A program made the translations under genes and the position numbers. Source: Verrucomicrobiota bacterium (GTDB lineage: Bacteria; Verrucomicrobiota; Verrucomicrobiia; Limisphaerales; J093). From it: a DNA stretch of 64,000 bases. The notes under the pieces were generated by a model. That model was not told where the DNA came from. It did no database searches and was given only the letters and a program-made list of their open reading frames with translations. Below are positions 35,201-45,200 of this stretch, piece by piece. The stretch is from positions 91 to 64,090 of the forward strand of contig JADJWF010000007.1 in the NCBI GenBank assembly GCA_016716505.1, written 5' to 3'. The first letter of the stretch is position 1; each line of letters begins with the position of its first letter.

Positions 35201-36887
35201 ATAGCCGCACCGGACCGGGCGGAATATGGGCGAGCAGATTCGGCAGGGCGTCCTCGAGCAGCATCCGGTTCAGCCGGCGCCGCTCCGCGCCCTGAGGGTT
35301 GGCGGCCAGCAACTCCTGGGTTTCGGGCCGCAGCGTGACGCCGGCGAACGCCTCGGGGTCATGCACCGCGTCGAGCCGGATCAGCAGGTTGAAGTCGTCC
35401 ATCAAGGCCTCCTCGACCTGCACCGAGATGGTGCCCGGTCCGCGGTATTCATCCAGGAACCGGAGGGTCGAATCGAGAAGCTGCGACCGGAGGTAGGCGG
35501 TCAGGGCGTCGGCGGGCGCGCGGAGGCGGTTGACGAGCGTGGGCAGGTTACGGATGTGGCCGCGCGCCACCGCCACGGGGTCCACCCGCGAGCCGCCGAA
35601 GCGCAGGGTGGCGTTGTTGCGCACGGTGATCTGCAGGGCCATGGGCGAGCCGCCCAAGCTGCCGCCCAACTGGCCCGAAGCCACCTGCAGCAGGCCGGCG
35701 CGGCCGCCAAAGCCGGCGACCTCGATCGGGCGCAAGCCGGGAAGCGCGTCCGCGCTGCGGATCAGCGAGCCGCCATCCAGCCGGAGTCCTTCCACGACGA
35801 CCCCTTCCTTGATCTCGAGCGTCGCGCCTTCCATCACTTCGCCCACCTCGATGAACTGCTGGCCCCCGGCGGTGCGGACGGCGCCGGCGAGAAAACAGCC
35901 GGGATTCACCAACCGCATCCGCGCCGGGGGGGACAGCCGCCAGGGCGCATGAAGCTGCGCCGGGCCGGTGGCGAGAACCTCCTGGAGAAACTCGATCAAG
36001 GTGGCCGTGGAGGTGCCCATCTGATCCAGCCCGCAGATTTCGCCGTGGAACTCCACCTGCGATTCGAGGAGGCAGTGCGGGCTGGCGCCGCGCTGAATGA
36101 AGGCGTTCTCGCCAAACCGCAGCAGGTTCTGCCGGCCCAGCAGCGGGCCGCCCCGCAGCACCTGCATCCGGCCCACATCGAGCCGCCCGCCGCCTTCGAA
36201 ATCCAACTGGCCATCCAGCTCGAACTCCGCCGCCTCCACCCGCAGCCGGCTCCCGTCGAACAGGCCGTAGCCTTGGAAGCGGCTTCTCCGGTTGAAGCTC
36301 GGGGCGTTCGTGTCGGTGTTCTCGAGGACGGTCAGCCCGCCCGGAAACTGCACGGGATGGGAAAGGATGCCGGACACCAGGAGCGTCCCGGAATGGAGGA
36401 CCACCTCGCCGGCGAACACCGTCGAGTTATCGTTGCATCTCAACTGACCACCGAAGATCCGCACGCGCCCCAGCCTGGCCGGCCGCTGGAGGACCACCTG
36501 GGCCCCCTCGCTGAGGCTCAACTCCGTGTCGGGATCGGCCTCGACCTCGAACCGGGCCGAAGTCACCTCAAAGGTCACGCCCGCCGCAATGTTCAGGGCC
36601 GCCCGGTCCCGCAGGCGCAGGCCGCCCACCAAGGTGTTTTCGACCACGCGCACCAGCCCGGAACCGGGCGCGATGATCGCCCGGTCGTTGAAGTTGGGCA
36701 CGCGGCGCAACCTTTCAGCCTGGTCCGGCGGCGTGCCGGGCGGGATGTCGTCCGGCAATTCCCAGTTCTCCTTGTCGTGCCATTCAGCGAACGGCGCGCC
36801 CCGCCACTGGATGTCCGCCGCGTGGGCAGGGATCCCGGCGGCCAGCAAGACGAAACCGAATCGGAGGAGGTGAAGGGGGATTGTCAT
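32241..36887 (-). CDS. giant secreted repeat protein (beta-helix-like body, DUF11-like domain, C-terminal FFRL module), paralog 1
   Basis: 1548 aa. Signal peptide MTIPLHLLRFGFVLLAAGIPAHA. The N-terminus ADIQWRG...PDDIPPGTPPDQ is shared with the upstream gene. The DUF11-like segment includes ADLAVTAEAP...FTVMNRGPDPANGVTLAV...ENNT. The protein ends ...PGVRYRLERSTDLVNW...FFRLVIL. Confidence 0.85.
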   Translation of the reverse strand: MTIPLHLLRFGFVLLAAGIPAHAADIQWRGAPFAEWHDKENWELPDDIPPGTPPDQAERLRRVPNFNDRAIIAPGSGLVRVVENTLVGGLRLRDRAALNIAAGVTFEVTSARFEVEADPDTELSLSEGAQVVLQRPARLGRVRIFGGQLRCNDNSTVFAGEVVLHSGTLLVSGILSHPVQFPGGLTVLENTDTNAPSFNRRSRFQGYGLFDGSRLRVEAAEFELDGQLDFEGGGRLDVGRMQVLRGGPLLGRQNLLRFGENAFIQRGASPHCLLESQVEFHGEICGLDQMGTSTATLIEFLQEVLATGPAQLHAPWRLSPPARMRLVNPGCFLAGAVRTAGGQQFIEVGEVMEGATLEIKEGVVVEGLRLDGGSLIRSADALPGLRPIEVAGFGGRAGLLQVASGQLGGSLGGSPMALQITVRNNATLRFGGSRVDPVAVARGHIRNLPTLVNRLRAPADALTAYLRSQLLDSTLRFLDEYRGPGTISVQVEEALMDDFNLLIRLDAVHDPEAFAGVTLRPETQELLAANPQGAERRRLNRMLLEDALPNLLAHIPPGPVRLLPPLVHLPRVENQGRVDFEFDPARLDFAPRVNCLLGNQPGGVVSLASGQSFDPLASPNIVNRGRIEILKPSIGDSAGRRSRVANTLINDAGGRVVVEAGAEMEFSQGENRAGGRFELGAEGLVTVAFGLLSDTFRYRPFKDDGTEGDEVTVNLGRLFHFRAGGAWTGEADHGLQLIGGPGALATGFGGVSVEEPLEVDRFIVGGPESHLPRFVAGPGPAGPALTVRKVFRWLGGRLEGNGVGNARGTRSLEVGPDAQWFLGPEAQPGNTAILASGLILNTRGRGSIETPHRITLNTGTLWHLHSGSITALERTDALGIAGDFFNEGRLNKTREPLLLLGNNVRIAGELHVLAGTLRGQGTARFTGEVFLDDANALLHAQGCVLAGARIFGPGRLLTTGGARFEEIVEADRVQWGEPGTLPESLTSGPAARMIVFQELRWLGGGIRLDSSGRVLLQVGAVGEFRNEHPAALVWSRGNFENFGTLTYVADSPGPLAAAAGVNFVNQAAGRWIVRGPGQVLLPALGGPGPLPPAPAAFENRGEVAFELPEEGEAEVLWHPPVQHAAGRVRFARDGGAPPRAKLRFMNNYLQTGGVFESAHADVNFERTFDLRGGRVLLGTGTSALAAGAATVRGAGSVLDVGPLADFIPGSGLTLLDQGILSGRGTVVGNVANVSGLVDPGLNEALVEFGTLSIHGDVAFGSAAVLAADLPVNVAEPVGDRLMVTGQATLAGSVRVTPLFSPLAVSTGAFIELLRAGSLTGSFGPILAPPLEGGRRFEGQVREGPARFGLQLVGDASAADLAVTAEAPLTAPAGAGVAHTFTVMNRGPDPANGVTLAVVMPVNAALVGSEPSGTVTDGTLTIPLPNLAKDASALVRLRWNAPAVDSALAVAATVSSQTNDPALENNTTRVTTAVLVGGTFTIGRFELTSAGRLKLTFETLPGVRYRLERSTDLVNWVPHREILGDGTERTFDDLGGEGREPEFFRLVIL
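32353..32393. repeat. 41-nt near-identical segment shared by the two giant genes, copy 1
   Basis: 40/41 identical to 37029..37069. It encodes the PGVRYRLERSTDL motif. Confidence 0.9.
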
Positions 36888-36919
36888 GATGAAAGTTTCA
36901 ACAGATCAGCCAGGAGACT

Positions 36920-39900
36920 TCACAGGATCACCAGCCGGAAGAATCCCTCGGCGCCGTCCACCGGCAGGCCGGTCAAAACCTGCGTCGTGCCGTCGCCCGT
37001 GAACTCCCGCACCGGCGTCCACGTCGCTAGGTCGGTCGAGCGTTCGAGGCGGTAGCGCACACCGGGCAGCGTGGCGACCGCCAACCGCGGGGTGCCGCCG
37101 GGGCCGGCGAAATCGAAGGCGCCGACCCGGAACCCCTCCGCGCCGAGCACCGGCACCACCAGCGCGAGCGCGTTGTTCGCCGGCACCGGGTCGGGTTTCT
37201 GACTGGCGGCCGTCGCGTTGAACTGCATGGCTCCGGGCGCAGCGGGCGCGCGGACGGTGAAGCGGACCACGTTGGTGTCGCCCCGGTTCAGGGTGGCGAG
37301 ATTGAAACCAATCACGCGGCCGTTTTCCTTCAGCACCAGGGGCGTGGCCGACTCGATGAAGGTCACGCCGGCCGGCAGCGCCACGTCCAGGCCGATCTGG
37401 TTCGCGCCGGCGGGGCCGCGGTTCACGACGTCCAGCCGGAGGGTCACGGCCGCGTTGGTCTCGGCGACGACGGTCGGCCCGGCGAGCAGTTCGAGGTCCG
37501 CGTCGTCATCGCCGCTGGGCACAAACTCGACCTTGAGGCCGACGCGCGGCGGGTTGTCGCGCGGCTCGAGCGCGAACTTGCGGTTGCCAAACGGCACGGT
37601 CGCCAGGTCCGCAAAGCCGCCTTGGATGACATTGGCGCGCAGCACCTCGACGAAGGCGTCGTTGACGATCAGCGGCGGGTTGAAGGAAGGCGTGGCGGTG
37701 ACCGTGCCGGCGAGGGTCGCCCGGCCGTTCACGAGCAGGCGGTCGCCCTCCGGGTTCGGCTCGTTGACCGGCACGTCGAGCTCGAGCACGCCGCTGGGGG
37801 TGAAGGTGACGTCGCCGTTCACGGTGAGGGTGCCGAACTGCACGAGGCCCTCATTGAGGCCGGGGCTGATCACGCCGGCGTTGTGCACGTTGCCGAAAAT
37901 CGTGCCGCGCCCGCTGAGCACGCCGGTGCGCGGGGGGCTGCTGAGGATATTGCGGGTGATGTCCAGCCGGAAGGGCTCCTCGAGGGTGAGGTCAGCGTCG
38001 GCGTCCACGTCCACGATGCCGCCGCTGATGTGCAGGCCGGAGTTGAAGGTGCCGGCGTTGCCGCGGAGGAATACCAGCCGGCCGCCGCGCACCTCGACCG
38101 CCCGGCGGAAGCGGCCCGTGCTGTTCTTGTCGAACTGGAAGAGGCCGCCCGTCTGGGTGAACTCGAGGAACGCATCCACCTCCAGGTTCACGCAGATCAG
38201 CCGTCCGCCGTCGCCGAAGACGCGGAAGCGGAACTCCATGCGTTCCCTCGGATCGGGCGCGGCGCGGCGGGGCGGGGACGGTTGCGGGCGAGCGAGGGCT
38301 GCCCCGCCGACCCCGCTCATCGTGGTTTCGCCATCCGTCTGCTGGAACTCCGCGTTGAAGCTTTGCGTGCCGTTGCGCGGCACGTTGAAGCGCACCTGGC
38401 CGCCTTGATTCACAAACTGGCCCGGGGTGATTTCGGCGCGGAAGACCTCGCCGGTTCCCTCGGTGGTGAAGACGCTGCCCGGTCGGTTCTCCCACCGGGC
38501 CTGGTTGCGCCACAGCACCTTCGACGTGCTGTCCGCGTGGTACTCGACGCGCCCGTGGTTCTCGACCGTGCCGCGGTCGAAGATGCTGAAGAAGCGGTTG
38601 GCGTTCTCCGGCGCGATGACCACCTTCGCCTCGGGGCCGATGACCACGCGGCTGTCCTCGCCGAGCTGGATGTGGCCGGACTTCCACAGCGCGGAGCGGA
38701 GGATCGTGACAGTGGCGTTGTTGCCGGAGGTGATCGCGGGGATCACGGAGCCGAAGTCCGTCGTCTTGCCAAGCTGCACGTTTTCCACCTCGACCTTGCC
38801 CTCGACGCGGGTTTCCTCGACCGTGACGACTGCCGGACCGTCCGCCGCCCGCGTGTTCACGAGCGTCGTGCCGAAAAACTCGACGGCCGAGGAGGCGTTG
38901 GGGACGCTGACGGGCCGCTCGACGCGGCTGCCGAACCCGATCTGCGCATCCCCCTGTTCGACCACGAACTCACCCTGCTGGCGGAGGTCCCCATAGCTGA
39001 CCCGCTGACGGTCGGGATCCTCCAGGTCCTGGTTCTGGACGACCCGGCCCCGGTTCACCAACCCCTGCACAAAGGCCGCACGTTGGACGAGGATGTGGCC
39101 GCCGGGTTCGTTGAGGATGCCCGTCGCCCCCGGCGGAGCGGTTACGGCGTGTCGGGTGTTGACGATCATCGTGCCGTGGTGGCGGACCGTGCATTGCTGG
39201 ACCCCGACGTTGGCGCCCGGATGGTCCTCGGTGCTGCGGATGACCGTGGCGCAATCGGCGCCCAACTCGACCCGCTGATCCGCGCCGGCCTCACCGCGGA
39301 AGTTCCCGCCGAACCAGGCAAAGCTCTTCCGGACGCTGAGGCCGACGCCTTGGAGCGGCGCGCCAAAGAAGATGCCCGGCTGCGCTCCCGCCCGGCCGCC
39401 GAGCTGGAGATGGTCCACAAACAGCGGGGCCTCGGTCTCGAGTCCGGCGAGGAACTGCGGGAAGCCGAAGGAACCGAAGCTGAGCACCTTGAGGCAACTG
39501 TCGCGCCCGAGGATGAGCTGGCCTTCCTGCCGCAGCACGAAGCGCCGGTTGAACGTCCGCGTGACCGGCGGATGATTATCCACCTGGTAGCTGATCAGCT
39601 CATCTACGCCGGTGGCGATCTGGAGGCATACACCGTCGGCCAGCTCGATGACGCCGCGGTTTTCGCCCTGGGCAACCTCCACGGTCAGATTCGTCGGGAG
39701 CACTTGCACCGTGCCCCGCGGCAGTCCGGCCAGCGATTCATTCTCGTTGAGCAGCGTGAAGGCCAGCCGGGTGAAACGATTGAATGCAGGCGAGTCAACC
39801 GGAACCTCCCGCGGCTCGACCGCAACGAGCCCATGATTCACCAGGTGGAGCCGGCTCGACTCCGAGACCCCGTGACCTTCCACGTGAAAGATGTCGCCGA

Positions 39901-41377
39901 GATTGATCCAGGCGCCGCCCGCCTGGATCGTCTGGTTGAAACGCCCATCTTCGCGAAACACGATGGTGCCGCGGTTCAACACGTCGCAATCCATGGCCAC
40001 CCTGCCCCCGCCGACGCGCAGGGAGCCTTCCCCACCCAAGCGGAGCACGGCCGCCCCAGGGCCCGCGATTTCGGGGCCCGCCAGTTCGAGGACGCCGGTG
40101 CCCGTCCCCCGGGTGATCGCGCCGTCCAGCAATTGGAAACTGCCAGCCGGTCTGATGCGCAGGGTGGCGCGGCCGCCCGCCACCGCCGGCGTGAACGCGA
40201 TGCCGCCGCCGTCCATCTCGATCACGTCGGCCTCCGCGTCCGCCTTGACGAAGAGGACGCCCAATTCGATCCGGTGAACGCGGTGGTCGTCCACCGTGGT
40301 CCCGCTCAGGGTCGCGCCCGGCACGTTGAGGTGCAGTTCGCTGCCGAAGCCGTAGGTGATCGGGCCCGGCAAGTCCACCGGGTGATCCACGTCCACGCGC
40401 CGGAACAGTTCCAGCGGTCTGAGTTGATTCGGCCCGGCCACGACGGCGTTGCTGATGCCGAACCCCCGCGTGAACACCACGGGCGCGTTCAAAAACAGCC
40501 GGTTGGTGTCGAAGCGCCGCAGCCCGCCGTCGCTCTGGAAGGTCAAGGTTTCCCCCTGCCATTCGCGCGGTTCCCGCCGCGGCGGGTCGGGCGGCAATAC
40601 GTCCAGGTTGGCCTCCTGACGGAACGTGATCGGGCCGGCCACCACGTCGGCGTCAAACCAGTCCACGTCCGCCCGCGTCTCGAACACGCCCACCAGCTCG
40701 TTGGCGGCGTCCGGCGCGCCCGCCTCGAGCTCGAGCGGGGCGCGAAACTCGGAGGGCACCCGCCCTTCGCCTTCGGCCGGCACGTTGAGCCGCCCCCCTC
40801 GCAATGTGACCCGTTCGTCGAAGCGCACGCGTCCGGCGAACCGCAGCTCGCCGCCCTGCACCAGCACCCGCTTGGCCAGCGTCGCGGGCAGCGGGCTGTC
40901 GAAGGCCAGCACGCCGCCGCCCTCGATCCGCAGCTCAGCCTGACCCAACTCCACCGCGCCCCCCCAAGCCCCGCCGCCGCCGGTGGCCGCCACCGTTCCG
41001 GACAGCACGGAAGGCCCGTTCGTCGTACCGGTGACCACCAACTGGCCGCCCGCAGCAAGATTCAGGCGCCCGCCATTGAAGGTGAGGCGCTCGATCCGGG
41101 CGCCGCCGCTCAGTCGAACCTCCTCGCCGGTGGCCAGGATGGCGTGATCCCCGGCTCGCGGCACGCGGCGGAAGCTTTCGCGCTGGTCGGCGGGCGTGCC
41201 GGGCGGGATGTCCGGCGGGAGGTTCCAGTTGCGGGCATCGCTGAAGTCGTCGCTGAAGCCGCCGCGCCAGGTGATGTCGGCGGCGGGGAGCAGCGGGGCC
41301 AGGGCGAGCAGCCCGGCCAGGAGCCCCACCGGACGAAGGAGGCCAATCGGCGGGAAGATCTGGTGTCGTGGAGTCAT
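36920..41377 (-). CDS. giant secreted repeat protein, paralog 2
   Basis: ATG at 41377 (MTPRHQIFPPIGLLRPVGLLAGLLALAPLLPAADITWRGG...), 1485 aa. Same N-terminal motif (PPDIPPGTPADQ), a DUF11-like segment (ADLELLAGP...LDVVNRGPAGANQIGLDV) and the same ending ...PGVRYRLERSTDLATW...FFRLVIL. Confidence 0.85.
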   Translation of the reverse strand: MTPRHQIFPPIGLLRPVGLLAGLLALAPLLPAADITWRGGFSDDFSDARNWNLPPDIPPGTPADQRESFRRVPRAGDHAILATGEEVRLSGGARIERLTFNGGRLNLAAGGQLVVTGTTNGPSVLSGTVAATGGGGAWGGAVELGQAELRIEGGGVLAFDSPLPATLAKRVLVQGGELRFAGRVRFDERVTLRGGRLNVPAEGEGRVPSEFRAPLELEAGAPDAANELVGVFETRADVDWFDADVVAGPITFRQEANLDVLPPDPPRREPREWQGETLTFQSDGGLRRFDTNRLFLNAPVVFTRGFGISNAVVAGPNQLRPLELFRRVDVDHPVDLPGPITYGFGSELHLNVPGATLSGTTVDDHRVHRIELGVLFVKADAEADVIEMDGGGIAFTPAVAGGRATLRIRPAGSFQLLDGAITRGTGTGVLELAGPEIAGPGAAVLRLGGEGSLRVGGGRVAMDCDVLNRGTIVFREDGRFNQTIQAGGAWINLGDIFHVEGHGVSESSRLHLVNHGLVAVEPREVPVDSPAFNRFTRLAFTLLNENESLAGLPRGTVQVLPTNLTVEVAQGENRGVIELADGVCLQIATGVDELISYQVDNHPPVTRTFNRRFVLRQEGQLILGRDSCLKVLSFGSFGFPQFLAGLETEAPLFVDHLQLGGRAGAQPGIFFGAPLQGVGLSVRKSFAWFGGNFRGEAGADQRVELGADCATVIRSTEDHPGANVGVQQCTVRHHGTMIVNTRHAVTAPPGATGILNEPGGHILVQRAAFVQGLVNRGRVVQNQDLEDPDRQRVSYGDLRQQGEFVVEQGDAQIGFGSRVERPVSVPNASSAVEFFGTTLVNTRAADGPAVVTVEETRVEGKVEVENVQLGKTTDFGSVIPAITSGNNATVTILRSALWKSGHIQLGEDSRVVIGPEAKVVIAPENANRFFSIFDRGTVENHGRVEYHADSTSKVLWRNQARWENRPGSVFTTEGTGEVFRAEITPGQFVNQGGQVRFNVPRNGTQSFNAEFQQTDGETTMSGVGGAALARPQPSPPRRAAPDPRERMEFRFRVFGDGGRLICVNLEVDAFLEFTQTGGLFQFDKNSTGRFRRAVEVRGGRLVFLRGNAGTFNSGLHISGGIVDVDADADLTLEEPFRLDITRNILSSPPRTGVLSGRGTIFGNVHNAGVISPGLNEGLVQFGTLTVNGDVTFTPSGVLELDVPVNEPNPEGDRLLVNGRATLAGTVTATPSFNPPLIVNDAFVEVLRANVIQGGFADLATVPFGNRKFALEPRDNPPRVGLKVEFVPSGDDDADLELLAGPTVVAETNAAVTLRLDVVNRGPAGANQIGLDVALPAGVTFIESATPLVLKENGRVIGFNLATLNRGDTNVVRFTVRAPAAPGAMQFNATAASQKPDPVPANNALALVVPVLGAEGFRVGAFDFAGPGGTPRLAVATLPGVRYRLERSTDLATWTPVREFTGDGTTQVLTGLPVDGAEGFFRLVIL
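37029..37069. repeat. 41-nt near-identical segment shared by the two giant genes, copy 2
   Basis: See 32353..32393. Confidence 0.9.
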
Positions 41378-41572
41378 TGGGGAGGAGAAACGTTGGTCCT
41401 GCTTGATTGGTGTTTCAGGCGCCCCCGCGGTGGCCACCCCACCCGTCGCGACGAGACCGGGCGCGTTGACCCGAGGCTGAAGCAAGGGGATCAGGAACGA
41501 GTGCAAGGACTCGATGTGAATAACGCTGTCGCATGGCCGTCTTCACTACCCCTAAATCTCGGAGAGCGGCAT

Positions 41573-41586
41573 CCCACGTTTGTGGG
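41573..41586. promoter_or_regulatory. inverted repeat CCCAC-N4-GTGGG between the response regulator and the giant gene
   Basis: cccacgtttgtggg read directly from the sequence. It lies in the 250-nt spacer upstream of the giant-gene pair. This is a speculative LuxR-type site. Confidence 0.15.
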
Positions 41587-41589
41587 GTA

Positions 41590-41609
41590 CCCGCCGGGCC
41601 CACGGCGGG
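41590..41609 (-). other. GC hairpin just downstream of the response-regulator stop
   Basis: cccgccg-ggccca-cggcggg, a 7-bp stem with a 6-nt loop about 20 nt after the stop at 41628. There is no U-tract. Confidence 0.3.
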
Positions 41610-41627
41610 CGCGGGTGGCGGGGTGCG

Positions 41628-42263
41628 TCAGGCCCGCCCGAGGTATTTGACCACCGCCTCGGTGCGGTTCTGGACGTGGAGCTTGCGATAGATGGAGGCC
41701 AGGTAGGTGCGGACGGTCTCGACGCCGATGCCCAACCGACTGGCGATTTCCTTGTAGAGACTGCCCTTGGCCAGCTCATCCAGCACCTCCCGCTCGCGCG
41801 GCGTGAGCCGGTCCACCTCGGCGACGACCGGGCCGAGTTGATGGAAGTGCTGGACGACCTTGCGCGCGATTTGCGGTGACATCGGGGCGCCGCCCTCGTG
41901 CGCCTCGGTGATGGCCTCGAGCAGGCGGGCCGGGGCGGTGCGTTTGAGCAGGTAACCCCGGGCCCCATTCCGCAGGGCGCGGAAGATCTGGTCGGCATCC
42001 TCGTACACGGTCAGCATGAGCACGGCGGTGTCGGGCAAAAGAATCCGGAGCCGATCCACCGCCTCGACGCCGCTGAGGCCGGGGAGGTTGATGTCGAGCA
42101 GGACCACATTGGGCCGCAGGCCGGGCAACGTCGCCAACGCCTGTTCCGCATCCGCAAAGGCGCCGACCAGGCGCAATCCCGGCGCGCCGCCCAGCAAGAT
42201 CGCGAGGCTCTCGCGCAGCCGCCGGTCATCCTCGACCAACGCCACCTGTATCGGCTTGACCAT
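41628..42263 (-). CDS. response regulator, NarL/LuxR (FixJ) family
   Basis: Receiver domain (VALVEDD...VVLLDINLPGLSG...LMLTVYED) plus a LuxR-type HTH (LTPREREVLDELAKGSLYKEIASRLGIGVETVRTYLASIYRKLHV). Confidence 0.92.
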   Translation of the reverse strand: MVKPIQVALVEDDRRLRESLAILLGGAPGLRLVGAFADAEQALATLPGLRPNVVLLDINLPGLSGVEAVDRLRILLPDTAVLMLTVYEDADQIFRALRNGARGYLLKRTAPARLLEAITEAHEGGAPMSPQIARKVVQHFHQLGPVVAEVDRLTPREREVLDELAKGSLYKEIASRLGIGVETVRTYLASIYRKLHVQNRTEAVVKYLGRA

Positions 42264-42285
42264 GTCGGGTGTGGCTTCGATGCAA

Positions 42286-45200
42286 TCAGGCTACGCCGTC
42301 CGCCTCCGGTGGGGGCATCCCTCGAACGGGGGAGCCGGGCAGCCCGACGACCAGCTCGACGCAGGTTCCTTCGCCCGGTCGGCTGTGGATGTGGCACCGG
42401 GCACCCAGGGCCGCGGCGCGGCGGTGCAGATTCACGAGGCCGTTGCCTCCGGGCGCCTGGCCCGCGGCGGGAACCGCCGGTGAAAACCCGCGTCCGTCAT
42501 CGGCAATGACGAGCCGCAGTTCACCCGCCGCGAAGCCCAGGCTCACCGTGATCTCCGTCGCCCGCGCGTGGCGGACCGCGTTCGCCAACGCTTCCTTCAA
42601 CACCATCAGGAGATGGTGCCGGGCCGTGCTCGACACCGGCCACGCGGGCAGCAGCGACGGCACCTCGAGCCGGCACCGAATGCCGGAGGGTTCGAGGTAC
42701 TCGCGCGCAAACTGGCACACGTAGTTCGCGAGATGATCCAGGCGATCATTGCGGGGGTTCACGGCCCACACGATCTCGTCCATCGCCTGCGCGGTGTCGC
42801 GCGAGGTCTCGGCAATCCGATCGAGCAGTTTCCCGACTTCGCCGGCCGGGCCACCGGGATGGGCAGCCCGCGCCGTCAACAAGCCGATCTGCGTGAGGCC
42901 CGCCCCCACGTCGTCGTGCATGTCACGGGCGATGCGCTCGCGTTCGCGCGCCAGCGCCAGTTGCCGTTCGAGACGCAGCCGTCGCCGGACGAGCCGTACC
43001 CGCCACTGATGCGCGCCCAGCCCGATGGCGCCCAGTATCGCGGCGGCGAGCGCGTAGAAACCGGGCGTTTGCCAGAAATGCGGCAGCAAGACGAACGCGA
43101 ACGCTACCGGGTCGGGGTTCCAAACGCCGTGATCGTTGCAAGCGGTGAACTCGAACCGGTAGGCGCCGGGACGCAGATTGGTGTAGTGGGTCTCCCGACG
43201 GCTGCCGGCTTCCACCCACTCGCGCTCGTAGCCCACCAGACGGTGCCGAAACCGCACCCGCTCGGGCGCGGCGAAACTCGGCGCGGCAAAGCGGAACTCA
43301 AGAACGCGCGCCGCTCCCGGCGGCACCCGGATCGTGTCGCTTTTCGTCCGCTTCAGGGCCGGGTTCATCCGGCCGTCCGCCAACAAAGCGAGGCTCTCAG
43401 TCCGGGCAAATTCGAGGTGCAAGGTGGGAGGAACCTCGCGCCGGGGCACCTGCGCGGGCACCACGCGCACCACGCCCACCGGCGTGGGGATCCACAGGGC
43501 CCCATCGGCGGCACGGGCGCCCGCCGGCTGGTTTTCCCCGTTGGTCTCGGCGACCGGCAGCCCGTCGCCCGCGCCGAACACCGTGCATTCCAGCGAGGGC
43601 TGGCGGCCATCCGCCACGGCGTGCAGGTCCTCGCCGCGCACCCGGTACAGGCCGCGATTACAGCCCAGCCAGAAATCCCCCGCCTCGTCCTCGATCATCT
43701 GGTTGGTGAGATCATCGAACAGCCCGTGCTCGCGGGTGATCACCGCCAGATGCCCTTCGCGAAGGCGGTTCAGCCCCCGCAGGCCGTACACCCACAGCGC
43801 GCCGGTCCGGTCCTCAAGGAAGCCCCACTGGATGTCATGGCTCAAGCCGTGGACGGCGCGGAGCGCCCGGAACTGGGTGGCTTCGCGCCAGGCCACTCCG
43901 CCGCCGAACGTAGCGACCCACAAGCGCCCCGAACGGTCTTCGTGCACCGCTCGTACGTCCAAGTGAGGCAACCCGTTCTCGAGACCATAACGGGTCGCAG
44001 CGTTTCCGTCCCAGCGGGACAACCCGTTGCGTCCCCCCAGCCACAGTGCGCCGTCCCGCGTGCGCGCGAGTACGCGCAACCGGGTGCCGGCGGCGCCAGC
44101 CGGTTCGGAATGGTCTTCGAGCCGGCCGTCCCGCCAACGGAACAACCCAACCCGGTCTTGGGCGATCCACACCCCGCCCGTCGCGTCGGGCAGCACGCAG
44201 AATATTTGGTTCATCGGCGAAGCGAAGGGTAGCGGCAACAGCTCGGTCTGCCCGGCGCGCCAGCGCAGGAGCCGCGTCTTGCTCGCGGCCCAAACCGTTC
44301 CATCCGGTTCGGCAGTCACCGTGAAACAGGCGGCCTCTTCACCCTCGCCAAACGCGAAATGCTCGAAATACCGAAGGCGCAGCCGGGTCAGACCTGCCAC
44401 CGACGTCCCCAACCAGAGACCCCCTTCACGGTCAGGCAGGGCGCAGAGCAGCTCGCTGAAAACGTCTTCCCGCGGGGGCGCCAGCCGGCGCGGACCCTGC
44501 GAACCCAGATGGATCAGCTTTCGGTCGGCGCTCACGGCCCACCAACCCCCGTGGCCATCCGGAATCATTCGCGGTCCCCAAGTGTTTCCGCTGTTGCCGC
44601 GCCCACCGTGCGAAAACACCAGTTCCGCGAGGTCGGCCGGCGATTTCGCCCGCGGGATCTCCACGCGCCAAACCGTGTCCGGCTTCACCGGGGGCGTCGC
44701 CTCCCCCTCCTCCGTCCATTCCCTGGGCAGCCAAGGGTGGAAGGTCTTTGACCCCAGATCGAACCGCAGCCATTCCGTCAGGGTGGTCACCAGCAGTTCG
44801 CCGGTCTCGAGGGGCACGAGGGAACGGACGCGGCCCGAGAACGGCGGGGGCGGACTGAACACTTCGAGCAGGTTCGGCTCCCAGCGCGCCAGCCCTTCGT
44901 TCAAACCGAGCCACAACTCGCCGGTCGGCGCGCGCCAGACCGCCCAGACCCGGCGGCCTTCGAGTTCCGGCACCCGATGAAACCGGCCCTGATCGAAGCG
45001 AAGCAGTCCGCCCAACGTCCCGACCCACAACCCGCCGCCAACATCCTCCGCGAGGGCGCTGACGCTGGCCTCCGCCAGCTCCGGCACATTGCTGGCGCTG
45101 AACCGCCGGAATTCGACGCCATCAAACCGGGCCAGTCCAAACCGGGTGCCCACCCACAGGAACCCATCCCGGGTCTGGCACAGCGCCTGCACGGCGTTCT

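Noticed and set aside
37622-41650. 1342-aa plus-strand ORF opposite the second giant gene (and 35226..37055, 32334..33620 and 33804..35204 opposite the first)
   Set aside because: All are antisense to ORFs that have a signal peptide, a DUF11-like domain and paralog support. Their translations are low-complexity (R, A, G, E, H runs).
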